From Patescibacteria group bacterium (lineage in GTDB: Bacteria > Patescibacteriota > Microgenomatia > JAMCYU01), in assembly GCA_023473585.1 (NCBI GenBank), contig JAMCYU010000004.1:1682-65681 (forward strand): DNA of 64,000 nt, given 5' to 3'. Position numbers and translations under genes: made by a program. Shown piece after piece: positions 21,209 to 30,692 of this stretch. The notes under the pieces were generated by a model. The model saw only the letters and a list, made by a program, of their open reading frames with translations. It was not told where the DNA came from and ran no database searches. Position 1 is the stretch's first letter. Each line of letters begins with the position of its first letter.

Positions 21209-21485
21209 ATTCTAAATATAGCATATTATATTGATTTTTTATAGTTTGCGAAAATTTTGCAGGAAGCGCAGCCGCCTCCACATTTGCTCGCCCCGCCATT
21301 CGGCGGGGCTCGCTTCCCGCAAAATTTTTCGCGCCAGAAATAAAAAATAAGAAGGGAAGACACGCTTGGCTCAAGTCACCCATCCGCGCGTGTCAAAAAT
21401 GTAGTCCCTAAAAAGCAGGGGTATTTTGTTAAGAACCCATTGACATTCCATAAAAATTTCTCTACTCTAAAGATAGAGAAAATTT

Positions 21486-22343
21486 ATGAAAAAACATCTT
21501 CCCCAAAGCCATCAGGCTATAAGTAGTAAATTAAAATATCTACTTCCTGCACTCATTTTTTCTCTTGTTTTCTTCGGCACTGTAACTGCTGTCCAGAACC
21601 AAAACTCTACCCGCGTATTAGGAGAACAGACTGAACAGAAAGGAAATCAAGAAAACAAAGAAGGCACTGAGCCAAAAGAGCAAGTTGAACAGGCTGAGCC
21701 AACAGAAGCACCGGAGCCCACCGAAACTCCCGAGCAAGAACAGGAACATGAACAAGAAGCAGAAAAAATCCATCAGGAAGTGCAAAAGGAAATACAAAAT
21801 AATAATGTGGATAAAGTTGAACTTCATCCAACTTCAGAAAAACCTGGGGAAGGAACGTTAAAGATTGAAAAAGTAAATGGTTCCTCAACCGAAAAAACAG
21901 TCCCTTCTTCAGTCGCATCTCTTATTAGCATTCAAAATAGTCAGGCCGGAAGTGTTTCTATTAGTGTCAGCAAAAATGGTACAGTCACATTGGTTAATGG
22001 AGGTATTACAGTCCAGACGAATTACCCCGTTGTTATTGATCCTCAAACTCAAACAATTGCAATTAAAACAACAAACGGCGTGACTGTTATCAACTCACTT
22101 CCTTCGCAGGCACTAAACGGTGTCCAACCTATCGATAAGCCAACTACCATACAATCAGCGGTACTCGGGACACAAAATGGGCAAGCCTATTATGATGTAA
22201 AAGGAGTGCAACAGAGAAGGTTTGTTGGCTTGGTGCCAATTAAGGCAAACGTTGAAACAAAGATTGATGCGCAAAACGGATCAACAATATCTGTCAACAA
22301 ACCGTGGTATTTAAATATCTTTGGCTTTCTTTACTCCATATAG
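21486..22343 (+). CDS. Exported hypothetical protein with a PepSY-like C-terminus
   Basis: TM, E/Q/P-rich linker, IDAQNG..I motif. Confidence 0.65.
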   Translation: MKKHLPQSHQAISSKLKYLLPALIFSLVFFGTVTAVQNQNSTRVLGEQTEQKGNQENKEGTEPKEQVEQAEPTEAPEPTETPEQEQEHEQEAEKIHQEVQKEIQNNNVDKVELHPTSEKPGEGTLKIEKVNGSSTEKTVPSSVASLISIQNSQAGSVSISVSKNGTVTLVNGGITVQTNYPVVIDPQTQTIAIKTTNGVTVINSLPSQALNGVQPIDKPTTIQSAVLGTQNGQAYYDVKGVQQRRFVGLVPIKANVETKIDAQNGSTISVNKPWYLNIFGFLYSI

Positions 22344-22399
22344 CCAAAACTGTAATTCCCCATTTTCTTCCCATATTTCTTCCACTATAATACCTCTGT

Positions 22400-23083
22400 A
22401 TGCAGATTCTGATTGTGGAAGACGAGGAAAAAATCGCCAATTCCTTACGACGGGGGCTCTTGGAAGAACGCTATACTGTTGATCTGGCCCGCGACGGCGA
22501 AGAAGCGCTTTACAAACTTGACATCAACGAGTATGACCTGGTTATTTTGGATTTAATGATCCCCAAAGTGGACGGTATTACAGTTTGTCGCCAAATTCGC
22601 CAGACCAACTCTCATCTTCCCATTCTTATATTAACAGCTAAAGATGGGACCGAAGACAAAATTACGGGGCTTGACGCGGGCGCCGATGATTATATCACTA
22701 AACCTTTTTCTTTCTCGGAACTTTCGGCAAGGATAAGGGCTCTTTTCAGAAGGGGTCGCAAAGCGGATCCCACGATTCTTGTTTTTGATGATTTATCGCT
22801 TGACCCGGCCACGAAAACCGCCAAACGTAAAAATAAAGTAATTACCCTAACCGCAAAAGAGTATGCGCTTCTGGAATACTTTATGCGCTATCCAAACAAG
22901 GTTTTAACCAAGACAGAGCTATTGGAGCATATCTGGGATTATAATTATGACGGACTTTCCAACATGGTGGAAACGTATGTTAAATATTTGCGAAAAAAAA
23001 TAAAAGTGGACGGGCAAAGCCGTGAACTTATCCATACCATGCGGGGCTCAGGTTATATCTTAAAGAAAGACGATCATGTTTAA
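22400..23083 (+). CDS. OmpR-family response regulator
   Basis: VEDE, LDLMIP, GADDY.KPF; winged-HTH TMRGSGY. Confidence 0.95.
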   Translation: MQILIVEDEEKIANSLRRGLLEERYTVDLARDGEEALYKLDINEYDLVILDLMIPKVDGITVCRQIRQTNSHLPILILTAKDGTEDKITGLDAGADDYITKPFSFSELSARIRALFRRGRKADPTILVFDDLSLDPATKTAKRKNKVITLTAKEYALLEYFMRYPNKVLTKTELLEHIWDYNYDGLSNMVETYVKYLRKKIKVDGQSRELIHTMRGSGYILKKDDHV

Positions 23084-23993
23084 AAAAGCGCGTATACAAC
23101 TGATATTTTTTTATTCTCTTGTTTTTCTCTTCTTCTTCTGGCTATCTAATACAACTTTATATTTATTGGTGGGTCAATCCTTAGGAGGCGACCCATCCTT
23201 AATAGTGTTTTGGGATACTTTATTTCTATTAAATATTGTCTTCATTTTTTTAGTACCCTTTATTGCCTGGTTTTTCACTTTGTTAACTCTTAAACCGGTA
23301 CAGAAAATTCATGAGCAGCAAAAACAGTTTATATCTGATGTGTCCCATGAATTAAGAACTCCTCTTTCCATATTAAGTAGCGAAATAGACGTAGCTTTGA
23401 AAAAAAATCGCCGGACAACATTTTACAAACAGATTCTGACCAGCAATAAACAGGAAGTGGGCCGTTTGGCAGCTTTAGTCGAAAACCTGTTATTTCTTGC
23501 CAGAGAAGATGAGGGGCAACAAACTGTAAAGTTTGAAAGAGTAGACATTACTGATCTTCTGGGAAATGTCACTGCTTCACTGAAGGACAAAAGCGTTAAA
23601 AAGAAAATCTCTATACATTTTGAAGCGGCAGAGGAGGCGGTGGTAGTTTCGGGACAACCAACAATGCTAAGACAACTTTTTCTCAATATTATTGACAATG
23701 CCATCAACTACACACCAATAAACGGCGCTGTGTGGGTTAGTTTGAGAAGCCAAAAGCAATATGCGCAAATAAAGATAAAAGATACAGGGATTGGTATATC
23801 AGAAGGGGATCAGAAAAAGATCTTTGAACGTTTTTATAGAGTAGATTCTTCCCGTTCTCAAGTAAGCGGTTACGGACTCGGCCTTCCTATCTGCCAATCT
23901 ATTGTTCGGCTTCATCAAGGAAGTATTATGGTTCACTCTCGTTTAGGAAAAGGGTCGGTATTTACCGTTCTACTTCCCAGAGCTTCCCGCTAA
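23076..23993 (+). CDS. Sensor histidine kinase with a very short extracellular loop
   Basis: SHELRTPL, NIIDNA, DTGIG and GLGL boxes. Confidence 0.95.
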   Translation: MFKKARIQLIFFYSLVFLFFFWLSNTTLYLLVGQSLGGDPSLIVFWDTLFLLNIVFIFLVPFIAWFFTLLTLKPVQKIHEQQKQFISDVSHELRTPLSILSSEIDVALKKNRRTTFYKQILTSNKQEVGRLAALVENLLFLAREDEGQQTVKFERVDITDLLGNVTASLKDKSVKKKISIHFEAAEEAVVVSGQPTMLRQLFLNIIDNAINYTPINGAVWVSLRSQKQYAQIKIKDTGIGISEGDQKKIFERFYRVDSSRSQVSGYGLGLPICQSIVRLHQGSIMVHSRLGKGSVFTVLLPRASR

Positions 23994-24081
23994 ATACCAG
24001 GTTTCTTCCACAGTCTTCCCATATCTCATTTTATATACTGACGTTGTTATTTATTTTTAATAAGAAAGGGGGTGAAAATAT

Positions 24082-24387
24082 ATGAACATCAAAAAAACAG
24101 TACCACTTGCTGCTTTGGCGTTGGTGCTTTTGGGTGGCGGTGCTTTTGGGATAAGTAGGGTGAAAGCAGCTCCTGTCCACGCTCAAACTCCAACTATCCA
24201 GTCTCAAAGTGCAACGCAGCAAACAGCTGATAAAGAAACCAACGATGGTGCAACTGAAGTAAAAGAGGCACGAGAAGGAGTTGAAAGTGTTGAACCCGCC
24301 AACGAACAGGCGCAGGAGAAAAACCTGCCAGGCGGCGGACACCAGGATCAAGGTCAGGCAGACCACCAGTTTGAAGGCGTTGAGTAA
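24082..24387 (+). CDS. Small secreted acidic protein
   Basis: Strong RBS, signal peptide, ends DHQFEGVE. Confidence 0.75.
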   Translation: MNIKKTVPLAALALVLLGGGAFGISRVKAAPVHAQTPTIQSQSATQQTADKETNDGATEVKEAREGVESVEPANEQAQEKNLPGGGHQDQGQADHQFEGVE

Positions 24388-24412
24388 TCTAGCTAGGAAC
24401 TGGGTGTGAAAG

Positions 24413-24443
24413 GAACGGAGGCATAACGCCTCCGTTTTCTTTT
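24413..24443 (+). terminator. Intrinsic terminator
   Basis: AACGGAGGC-ATAAC-GCCTCCGTT then T-rich. Confidence 0.8.
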
Positions 24444-24659
24444 TAAAAACTTTTATTTTCTTTTTTCCTTCCTAATATCTAAACGGCGCGAAAAATTTTG
24501 CGGGAAGCGAGCCCCGCCGAATGGCGGGGCGAGCAAATGAGGTGGCGGCTACGGCGATTCCTTTTCCCCTTAAACCCCTTTTCCTCGCCGCAGCCGCCGA
24601 CGCGCTATGATTTGTTACAGATTTTTGGTAAAATAAGTTCGAGCTTTTTGATAAAAGGA

Positions 24660-24751
24660 GCTCCAATTGGGAAATCGCGGCGCTCGCTTTGCGAGCGCCC
24701 ATTCGTTTAACGCCTCAAATCGGACTTTTTTATCACAGAATTGCCAGTTCG
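24660..24751 (-). repeat. att arm A: inverted copy of the recombinase 3' end (26422-26513), joined to arm B as an attP-like junction
   Basis: 92-bp inverted repeat with 3 mismatches. Confidence 0.9.
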
Positions 24752-25036
24752 TTTGTGCGAAGCACAAAATCAAACTTCGTTTGACATCCAATTTTTTGCC
24801 TTTCGTCAAAGACGAAAATTCCAGATTTTCAGAAAGAAAGCGCCAATTTACTCAGCCTTTGGCGGAGCTGCCCAAAAGCGAAAAGAATTTTTGCGATGCT
24901 ATTGAAAAAGTTTTGTAAAACTTGTTATACTAATGCTGGTTTCAGCATTAAAGGTCGTCCTTTTTAGTAGCCGTCTCGGACAATTCAGGGCGACTTGAGT
25001 TGAGACCACCGGGGCGGCTATTTAAGTTTTACAAAC

Positions 25037-26612
25037 ATGACTAACAACTTTCCGCAAAAATTCTTTCTCTATGCCCGCAAATCTACAGATGAAGCGGACA
25101 GGCAAGTTTTATCAATTGAAGCGCAACTAACTGAAGTCAGAGAGTATGCTCAAAAAGAAAATCTGTTGATTGTTCGTGAGTTTATTGAGACAAAATCAGC
25201 CAAACAACCAGGCAGAGAAATTTTTGAGAAAATGTTAGCGGGCATAGAGAACGGTGAGGCAAATGGAATTTTAGCGTGGCATCCGGATAGAGTCGCCAGA
25301 AATGCGGTTGACGCTGGAAAAATTATTCACCTTCTCGATAGAGGATTTTTAGCCACGCTAAAATTCCCCACTTTCTGGTTTGACAAAACTCCTCAAGGAC
25401 TTTTTATGCTCTCAATCGCTTTTGGGCAGAGCAAATATTACATCGATAATCTTTCGGAAAATATCAAGCGGGGCATACGCCAAAAACTACGAAAAGGAAT
25501 TTATCCAGGGGTGTGCACCACTTGGTTATGTTAACGAATTGAAAAATCACACCATTCTTAAAGACCCGGAAACTTGGCAAAAAGTCAGAAAACTTTTTCT
25601 GGCGTGTGCCGTAGGTAAATATACGCTTGATCATTTGCAAAAATTGGCGCTTTCTTTTGGCTTGGTGAGCCCAAGATCGAAAAGAAAATTATCAAACGCT
25701 ACTTTACAGCGATTGCTCCAAAACCCCTTTTACTATGGCTGTTTTCAATACAAAGGTGAGCTTTACGAAGGAGTCCATGAGCCAATAATTTCCCAGCAAC
25801 TTTTTGAAAAGGTGCAGCGGGTAATGAGTGATCGCGGAAAACCAAAGAAAGAAAATCAGGATTACAACTTTATTTACACTGGAATTTTTAAGTGTGGCGA
25901 ATGTGGTCGAGCTATCACCGCTGAACAGCATACTAAAAAATCTGGTTTGGTTTTCCGCTATTACCGTTGCACCAAAAAGGACACTGATTGTCAACAAAAG
26001 TTTCTCAACGAGAATGATTTATTTGCTCAACTCAACGATATTTTTCAAAAAGTTGCTTTACCAGACGGCTGGTTGAAACCAATCTTAAATAAACTTGACC
26101 AAGAGGAAAAAGAAATCAGCCAGTCGTCAAAATCTTTCGCCCAAAATCTCCAAAGAGAAATCGGTGAAATTGAAGTCAAGCTCTCCAAAGTCCTTGATAT
26201 GCAACTAGATGGTTCAATTTCTCTTGAGGAATACAAAAAGAAAAAGGAAGAACTTATAAACCGAAAAACCGGACTGAAACAAAAATTAGCTGATTTTGAG
26301 CGAAAGGGAAATTATTGGCTCGAACCGATGAGGAATTTCATTTTAGCCGCTCACCAAGCCAATTTATTAATAAATTCTGAAAATTTGGAAGAGAAGCGTA
26401 GCTTCCTGCAAAAAATTGGCTCGAACTGGCAACTCTGCGATAAAAAAGTCAGATTTGAGGCGTTAAACGAATGGGCGCTCGCAAAGCGAGCGCCGCGATT
26501 TCCCAATTGGAGCGGGATAGCGGAATCGAACCGCCTTCTCTACCTTGGGAAGGTAGCATACTACCGGTGTACTAATCCCGCACTAAAAAATCTAAACGAT
26601 TTTTCAGTGTAA
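25037..26612 (+). pseudogene. Large serine recombinase with a +1 frameshift at GGGG 25508-25511
   Basis: YARKS catalytic motif, DRVAR, recombinase and Zn-ribbon domains (CGECG, YYRC); removing one G restores KGIYPGCAPLGY. Confidence 0.88.
26508..26581 (-). tRNA. tRNA-Gly(CCC)
   Basis: GCGGGAT/ATCCCGC acceptor; CTACC-TTCCCAA-GGTAG; CCA encoded. Confidence 0.95.
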
Positions 26613-26680
26613 ACACTAAAAAATTCTGAATCTAGTTCAGGTTGATTTTTTTAATTAAGCTTTTGAAAATATCCAGATTT

Positions 26681-27229
26681 TTATCTTGGCAAGGTTAAGA
26701 CATTGCCGGCGTGAATCAGGTTAGGGTTTACCAAATTATTCGCCTGGGCAATTTTTGACCACTGATAACCATCGCCATAAGCTCGAACCGCAATGTCCCA
26801 AAGGTCGTCACCCGTAACGACCGTATAACTTCCGCCGGTAATCGAAGGTGTTGCTGCCTCGGTTATGCCTGTTAAGGGAAGGATCGGTTCGACTTTGGGA
26901 ATCTTAAGCTGTTGTCCCGCCTCGAGATAATCAGGATTAGAGAGTTGATTTTCTTTAGCAATATCTGACCAGTTATAACCGGATTTGAAAAATTTTTCAG
27001 AAATTGACCAAAGAGTGTCTCCTTCGGCGACGGTATAGGTCGCTGGTAAAGCAACTTGTGCTTCTTTCTTTTCTTCGGTTTGTGATTGTCCCGCCTGACT
27101 GCCATTTTTACGACCTCCGGAAAAGAAATTGAAAAGCAAAATACCGATGACAATAACGACCAATAAACCCAAAGCCATGGAGACGTAAGATTCAGAGAGT
27201 TTTAAGCTTTTAAGAAATTTTTTCCACAT
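26681..27229 (-). CDS. Membrane-anchored double LysM protein
   Basis: YTVAEGDTLW and YTVVTGDDLW repeats. Confidence 0.9.
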   Translation of the reverse strand: MWKKFLKSLKLSESYVSMALGLLVVIVIGILLFNFFSGGRKNGSQAGQSQTEEKKEAQVALPATYTVAEGDTLWSISEKFFKSGYNWSDIAKENQLSNPDYLEAGQQLKIPKVEPILPLTGITEAATPSITGGSYTVVTGDDLWDIAVRAYGDGYQWSKIAQANNLVNPNLIHAGNVLTLPR

Positions 27230-27280
27230 AACTTAATCTTCCCTCCTTTCCAGGCAGAAATTCAGGCAGATTCAGTTTAG

Positions 27281-27353
27281 CGGACCCGGCCGGGATCGAA
27301 CCGGTGATCTCGTCCTTGACAGGGACGCGTGTTAACCGCTACACCACGGGTCC
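27281..27353 (-). tRNA. tRNA-Asp(GTC)
   Basis: GGACCCG/CGGGTCC acceptor; CGTCC-CTGTCAA-GGACG. Confidence 0.95.
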
Positions 27354-27430
27354 AAAAAAAGAAACTGCCAGAGCCATAATAATAGATTATTGTCAAATAG
27401 TCAATCCTTTGCTATGATTTTAAGTGTCAT

Positions 27431-29215
27431 ATGACCAATCAGGAAATCGCCCGGCTTTTAAAGAAGATTGCCGCCGCTTATCTTGTTAAAAACGAGAATC
27501 GCTTCAAAATTATGGCTTACGAACGGGCGGCCGATAGTCTCGAAAATACCCCCATTGAAGCTAAAGGTCTTTGGCAAGAGGGAAAATTAGACGAAATCCA
27601 AGGCATCGGTCCTTCAATTGCCGGTCATCTTGATGAACTTTTCAAAAAAGGCAAGATTCGTCATTTTGAGCAGGTTTTAAAAGGTCTGCCCGAAGCGATG
27701 TTTTCTCTTTTAGCTTTGCCCGGTTTTGGCCCCAAAAAAGCTTATAAATTAGCTAAGGTTTTGAAATTAAAAAGCGCCAAGACCGCCATTACCGATCTTG
27801 AAAAGGCAGCTAAAAAAGGGAAAATAGCCGTGATTGAGGGTTTCGGAGAAAAATCCCAACAAGATATTCTTGAGAGCCTGAAAAGCTTTAAAAAAGGACA
27901 GCTTAAAGAAAACCGCATCAATTTGCCACTAGCTTCAGCTTTGGCTACGGAAATAATTAGCTATCTTAAATTATGCCCGCAAAGTTTACGGATCGATCCG
28001 TTAGGTTCTTTGAGAAGACAGGTGGCGACAATCGGAGATATTGATATTGCCGTGGCTACCCAAGACCCCCAAGAAGTTATCGATTGGTTTATTAAGTATC
28101 CCCGAAAACAAAAATTAGTGGAAAAAGGGCCAACCGGCGCCAGTTTGCTTCTTCATAACGGCCGGCAGGTTGATTTGCGGGTGCAAAAACCCAAAGCCTA
28201 CGGGGCGATGCTTCAATATTTTACCGGTTCGAAAAACCATAACGTTCATTTGCGCGAATTAGCCTTGAAACATGGTTTGTCGTTATCCGAATACGGCATT
28301 AAAAAACTGGGGAAAAACCATAAAATAAACGAATATAAAGACGAGGAAAGCTTTTATCAGGCCGTCGGTCTTCCCTTAATTCCCCCGGAATTGAGAGAAA
28401 ATACCGGAGAGATTGAGGCGGCTTTGCGACAAGCTCAAAACAAACCCGATGGTTTACCCAATTTAGTTAAACTCGACGATATTAAAGGAGACCTGCATCT
28501 CCATTCTGATTTTCCCATCGAACCTTCTCATGATCTGGGCGTCTCTTCCATGGAAGAAATTATCGAAAAAGCCGAAAGTTTGGGGTACGAATATCTGGCT
28601 TTTTCCGAACACGCACCCAGTGTCAGTCAACATTCAAAAGAGCAGATCTTCAGTATCTTATCAAGACGGAGAGCGATAATTGAGCAATTAAAATTGACTA
28701 CTAAAATTGTTCGAGTAATAAATTTACTTGAAGTGGATATTCTCACTGACGGCAATTTATCAATCGAAAAGAGAAGCTTGGCTTTACTTGACGGAGTCAT
28801 TGCCTCGGTACACAGCGGTTTTCAACAAAACAAGGAGCAAATGACCAAAAGAATTTTACGGGCTTTGGAAAATCCCCAGGTTAAGATTTTAGGGCATCCG
28901 ACCGGGAGATTACTCGGACGAAGAGAGGGTTACGAGGTTGACTGGGAAGAAATTTTTGCCTTTTGTCAAAAACACGGCAAGGCGCTGGAGATTAATGCCT
29001 GGCCGGAAAGACTCGATCTTCCGGATTTTTTGGTTCGTCAAGCCATCGCCAAAGGAGTCGGTTTAATTATCTCAACCGACGCCCATAAAGTTTCGGAAAT
29101 GGATCTTATGTCCTATGGAGTTGCGGTCGCTCGCCGGGGATGGGCGGAAAAAAATGACATTTTAAACACTTTAGACTATAATGAATTTTATCAATGGTTA
29201 AAAGAGAGGAGGTGA
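27431..29215 (+). CDS. polX: DNA polymerase X with PHP domain
   Basis: GSLRR, GDIDI, YFTGS, DLHLHS and TDAH motifs. Confidence 0.93.
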   Translation: MTNQEIARLLKKIAAAYLVKNENRFKIMAYERAADSLENTPIEAKGLWQEGKLDEIQGIGPSIAGHLDELFKKGKIRHFEQVLKGLPEAMFSLLALPGFGPKKAYKLAKVLKLKSAKTAITDLEKAAKKGKIAVIEGFGEKSQQDILESLKSFKKGQLKENRINLPLASALATEIISYLKLCPQSLRIDPLGSLRRQVATIGDIDIAVATQDPQEVIDWFIKYPRKQKLVEKGPTGASLLLHNGRQVDLRVQKPKAYGAMLQYFTGSKNHNVHLRELALKHGLSLSEYGIKKLGKNHKINEYKDEESFYQAVGLPLIPPELRENTGEIEAALRQAQNKPDGLPNLVKLDDIKGDLHLHSDFPIEPSHDLGVSSMEEIIEKAESLGYEYLAFSEHAPSVSQHSKEQIFSILSRRRAIIEQLKLTTKIVRVINLLEVDILTDGNLSIEKRSLALLDGVIASVHSGFQQNKEQMTKRILRALENPQVKILGHPTGRLLGRREGYEVDWEEIFAFCQKHGKALEINAWPERLDLPDFLVRQAIAKGVGLIISTDAHKVSEMDLMSYGVAVARRGWAEKNDILNTLDYNEFYQWLKERR

Positions 29216-29218
29216 GGC

Positions 29219-29764
29219 ATGTTGCCTGTTTTATTATTAGGAATTGTTCTTCTCGTCGTTTTTGTCTGGGGTTTATACAACGGTTTAGTGACAGCCAAAG
29301 CCCGTGTTGATGAGTCCTGGAGCGGCATTGACGTTCAGTTAAAAAGAAGAGCCGACCTAATTCCCAATTTAGTGGAAACCGTTAAGGGTTATGCGACTCA
29401 TGAAAAAAGCGTCTTTGAAAATGTGACTGAAGCCAGATCCGCCCTAATGGGAGCGAAGACCCCGAAAGAGAAAGCGGAAGCTAACAATCAGTTAAGCGCC
29501 GCTTTAAAAAGTCTTTTTGCCGTGGCTGAAGCTTATCCGGATCTTAAAGCGAGTCAAAACTTTGCGGATTTACAACAGCAATTGGGGGATACCGAAGATA
29601 AAATTGCCTATTCACGACAATTTTACAATACGAACGTGCTTGATTATAACGTCAAAATTAAGGTCTTCCCCAATGTTTTATTGGCCGGACCGTTAGGATT
29701 TCGCGAAGTCGAATTCTTTAAGGCGGCGGCGGAAGAAAAAGAAGAAATTAAAGTTAAGTTTTAA
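29219..29764 (+). CDS. lemA: LemA family protein
   Basis: [13 protein letters not shown] and EAYPDLKA. Confidence 0.93.
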   Translation: MLPVLLLGIVLLVVFVWGLYNGLVTAKARVDESWSGIDVQLKRRADLIPNLVETVKGYATHEKSVFENVTEARSALMGAKTPKEKAEANNQLSAALKSLFAVAEAYPDLKASQNFADLQQQLGDTEDKIAYSRQFYNTNVLDYNVKIKVFPNVLLAGPLGFREVEFFKAAAEEKEEIKVKF

Positions 29765-29779
29765 TTCCGCTTAAAAAGT

Positions 29780-30676
29780 ATGTCAATTTATTCACAGATT
29801 GACTCTAACCGACGTCGAACTTATTTAGTGATGGTCTTTTTTATCGCCTTTATAACCCTGACGGCTTATATTTTCGGTCGGGCCTCGGGTTATGGTTTGT
29901 CTTACGCCGGAATAGCTTTAATCATTTCCGGTTTTGTTTCCTTTGGGAGTTACTATTGGTCGGACAAGCTCATTCTTCTTATGTCCCAAGCAAGAGAAAT
30001 TAACGAAAAAGACAATCCTCTCCTTTTTCGGACTGTCGAAAATCTTTGTCTTGGCGCCGGTTTACCAAGGCCAAAGATTTATACAATTGACGATTCGGCT
30101 CCCAACGCTTTTGCGACCGGTCGCGATCCTCAACATGCCGTTATCTGTGTAACCTCCGGACTTCTAGGCAAACTGGAAAAAATAGAATTGGAGGGTGTTA
30201 TCGCTCATGAATTATCACATGTTAAAAATTACGATACGCGGCTCATGGGCATTGTGGCGATTTTGGTAGGCATGGTGGCTTTTTTAGCCGATTGGTTTAT
30301 GCGTTCGCTTTGGTGGGGTGACCGGAGTGATCGTGAAGAAAAAGGAAGTGTGCAAGGCCTTTTCCTCATCTTGGGGATTGTTTTTGCCGTTCTTTCGCCA
30401 ATTATTGCCACTTTAATCCAGTTAGCGATCTCCCGCCGGCGGGAATATTTGGCTGACGCCTCAGGCGCGCTTTTAACTCGTTATCCGGACGGGCTCGCCC
30501 GGGCTTTGGAAAAAATTGCCCGCGACAAAGAGGTCCTTGAAGCGGCGACCAATGCGACCGCCCATTTATATATTGTTAATCCGTTTAAGGATAAAAGTTT
30601 TTCGGCTTGGTTTTCGGGGCTTTTTGATACTCATCCTCCTTTGGCGGAAAGAATCAGACTTTTGCGCGCCATGTAA
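29780..30676 (+). CDS. htpX: Zn metalloprotease HtpX
   Basis: NAFATG, HELSH, REYLAD and THPP motifs. Confidence 0.93.
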   Translation: MSIYSQIDSNRRRTYLVMVFFIAFITLTAYIFGRASGYGLSYAGIALIISGFVSFGSYYWSDKLILLMSQAREINEKDNPLLFRTVENLCLGAGLPRPKIYTIDDSAPNAFATGRDPQHAVICVTSGLLGKLEKIELEGVIAHELSHVKNYDTRLMGIVAILVGMVAFLADWFMRSLWWGDRSDREEKGSVQGLFLILGIVFAVLSPIIATLIQLAISRRREYLADASGALLTRYPDGLARALEKIARDKEVLEAATNATAHLYIVNPFKDKSFSAWFSGLFDTHPPLAERIRLLRAM

Positions 30677-30692
30677 ATTGGCCATTTTAAAA

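Larger units (their letters stand above)
19192..26513. mobile_element. Serine-recombinase genomic island integrated at the tRNA-Gly 3' end
   Basis: Direct repeat CCCAATTGGAGC at 19192-19203 and 26502-26513 (the latter overlaps the tRNA 3' end); recombinase gene adjacent. Confidence 0.85.

Noticed and set aside
24615-24809. 64-aa ORF as a standalone gene
   Set aside because: It is the inverted copy of the recombinase tail across the attP-like junction
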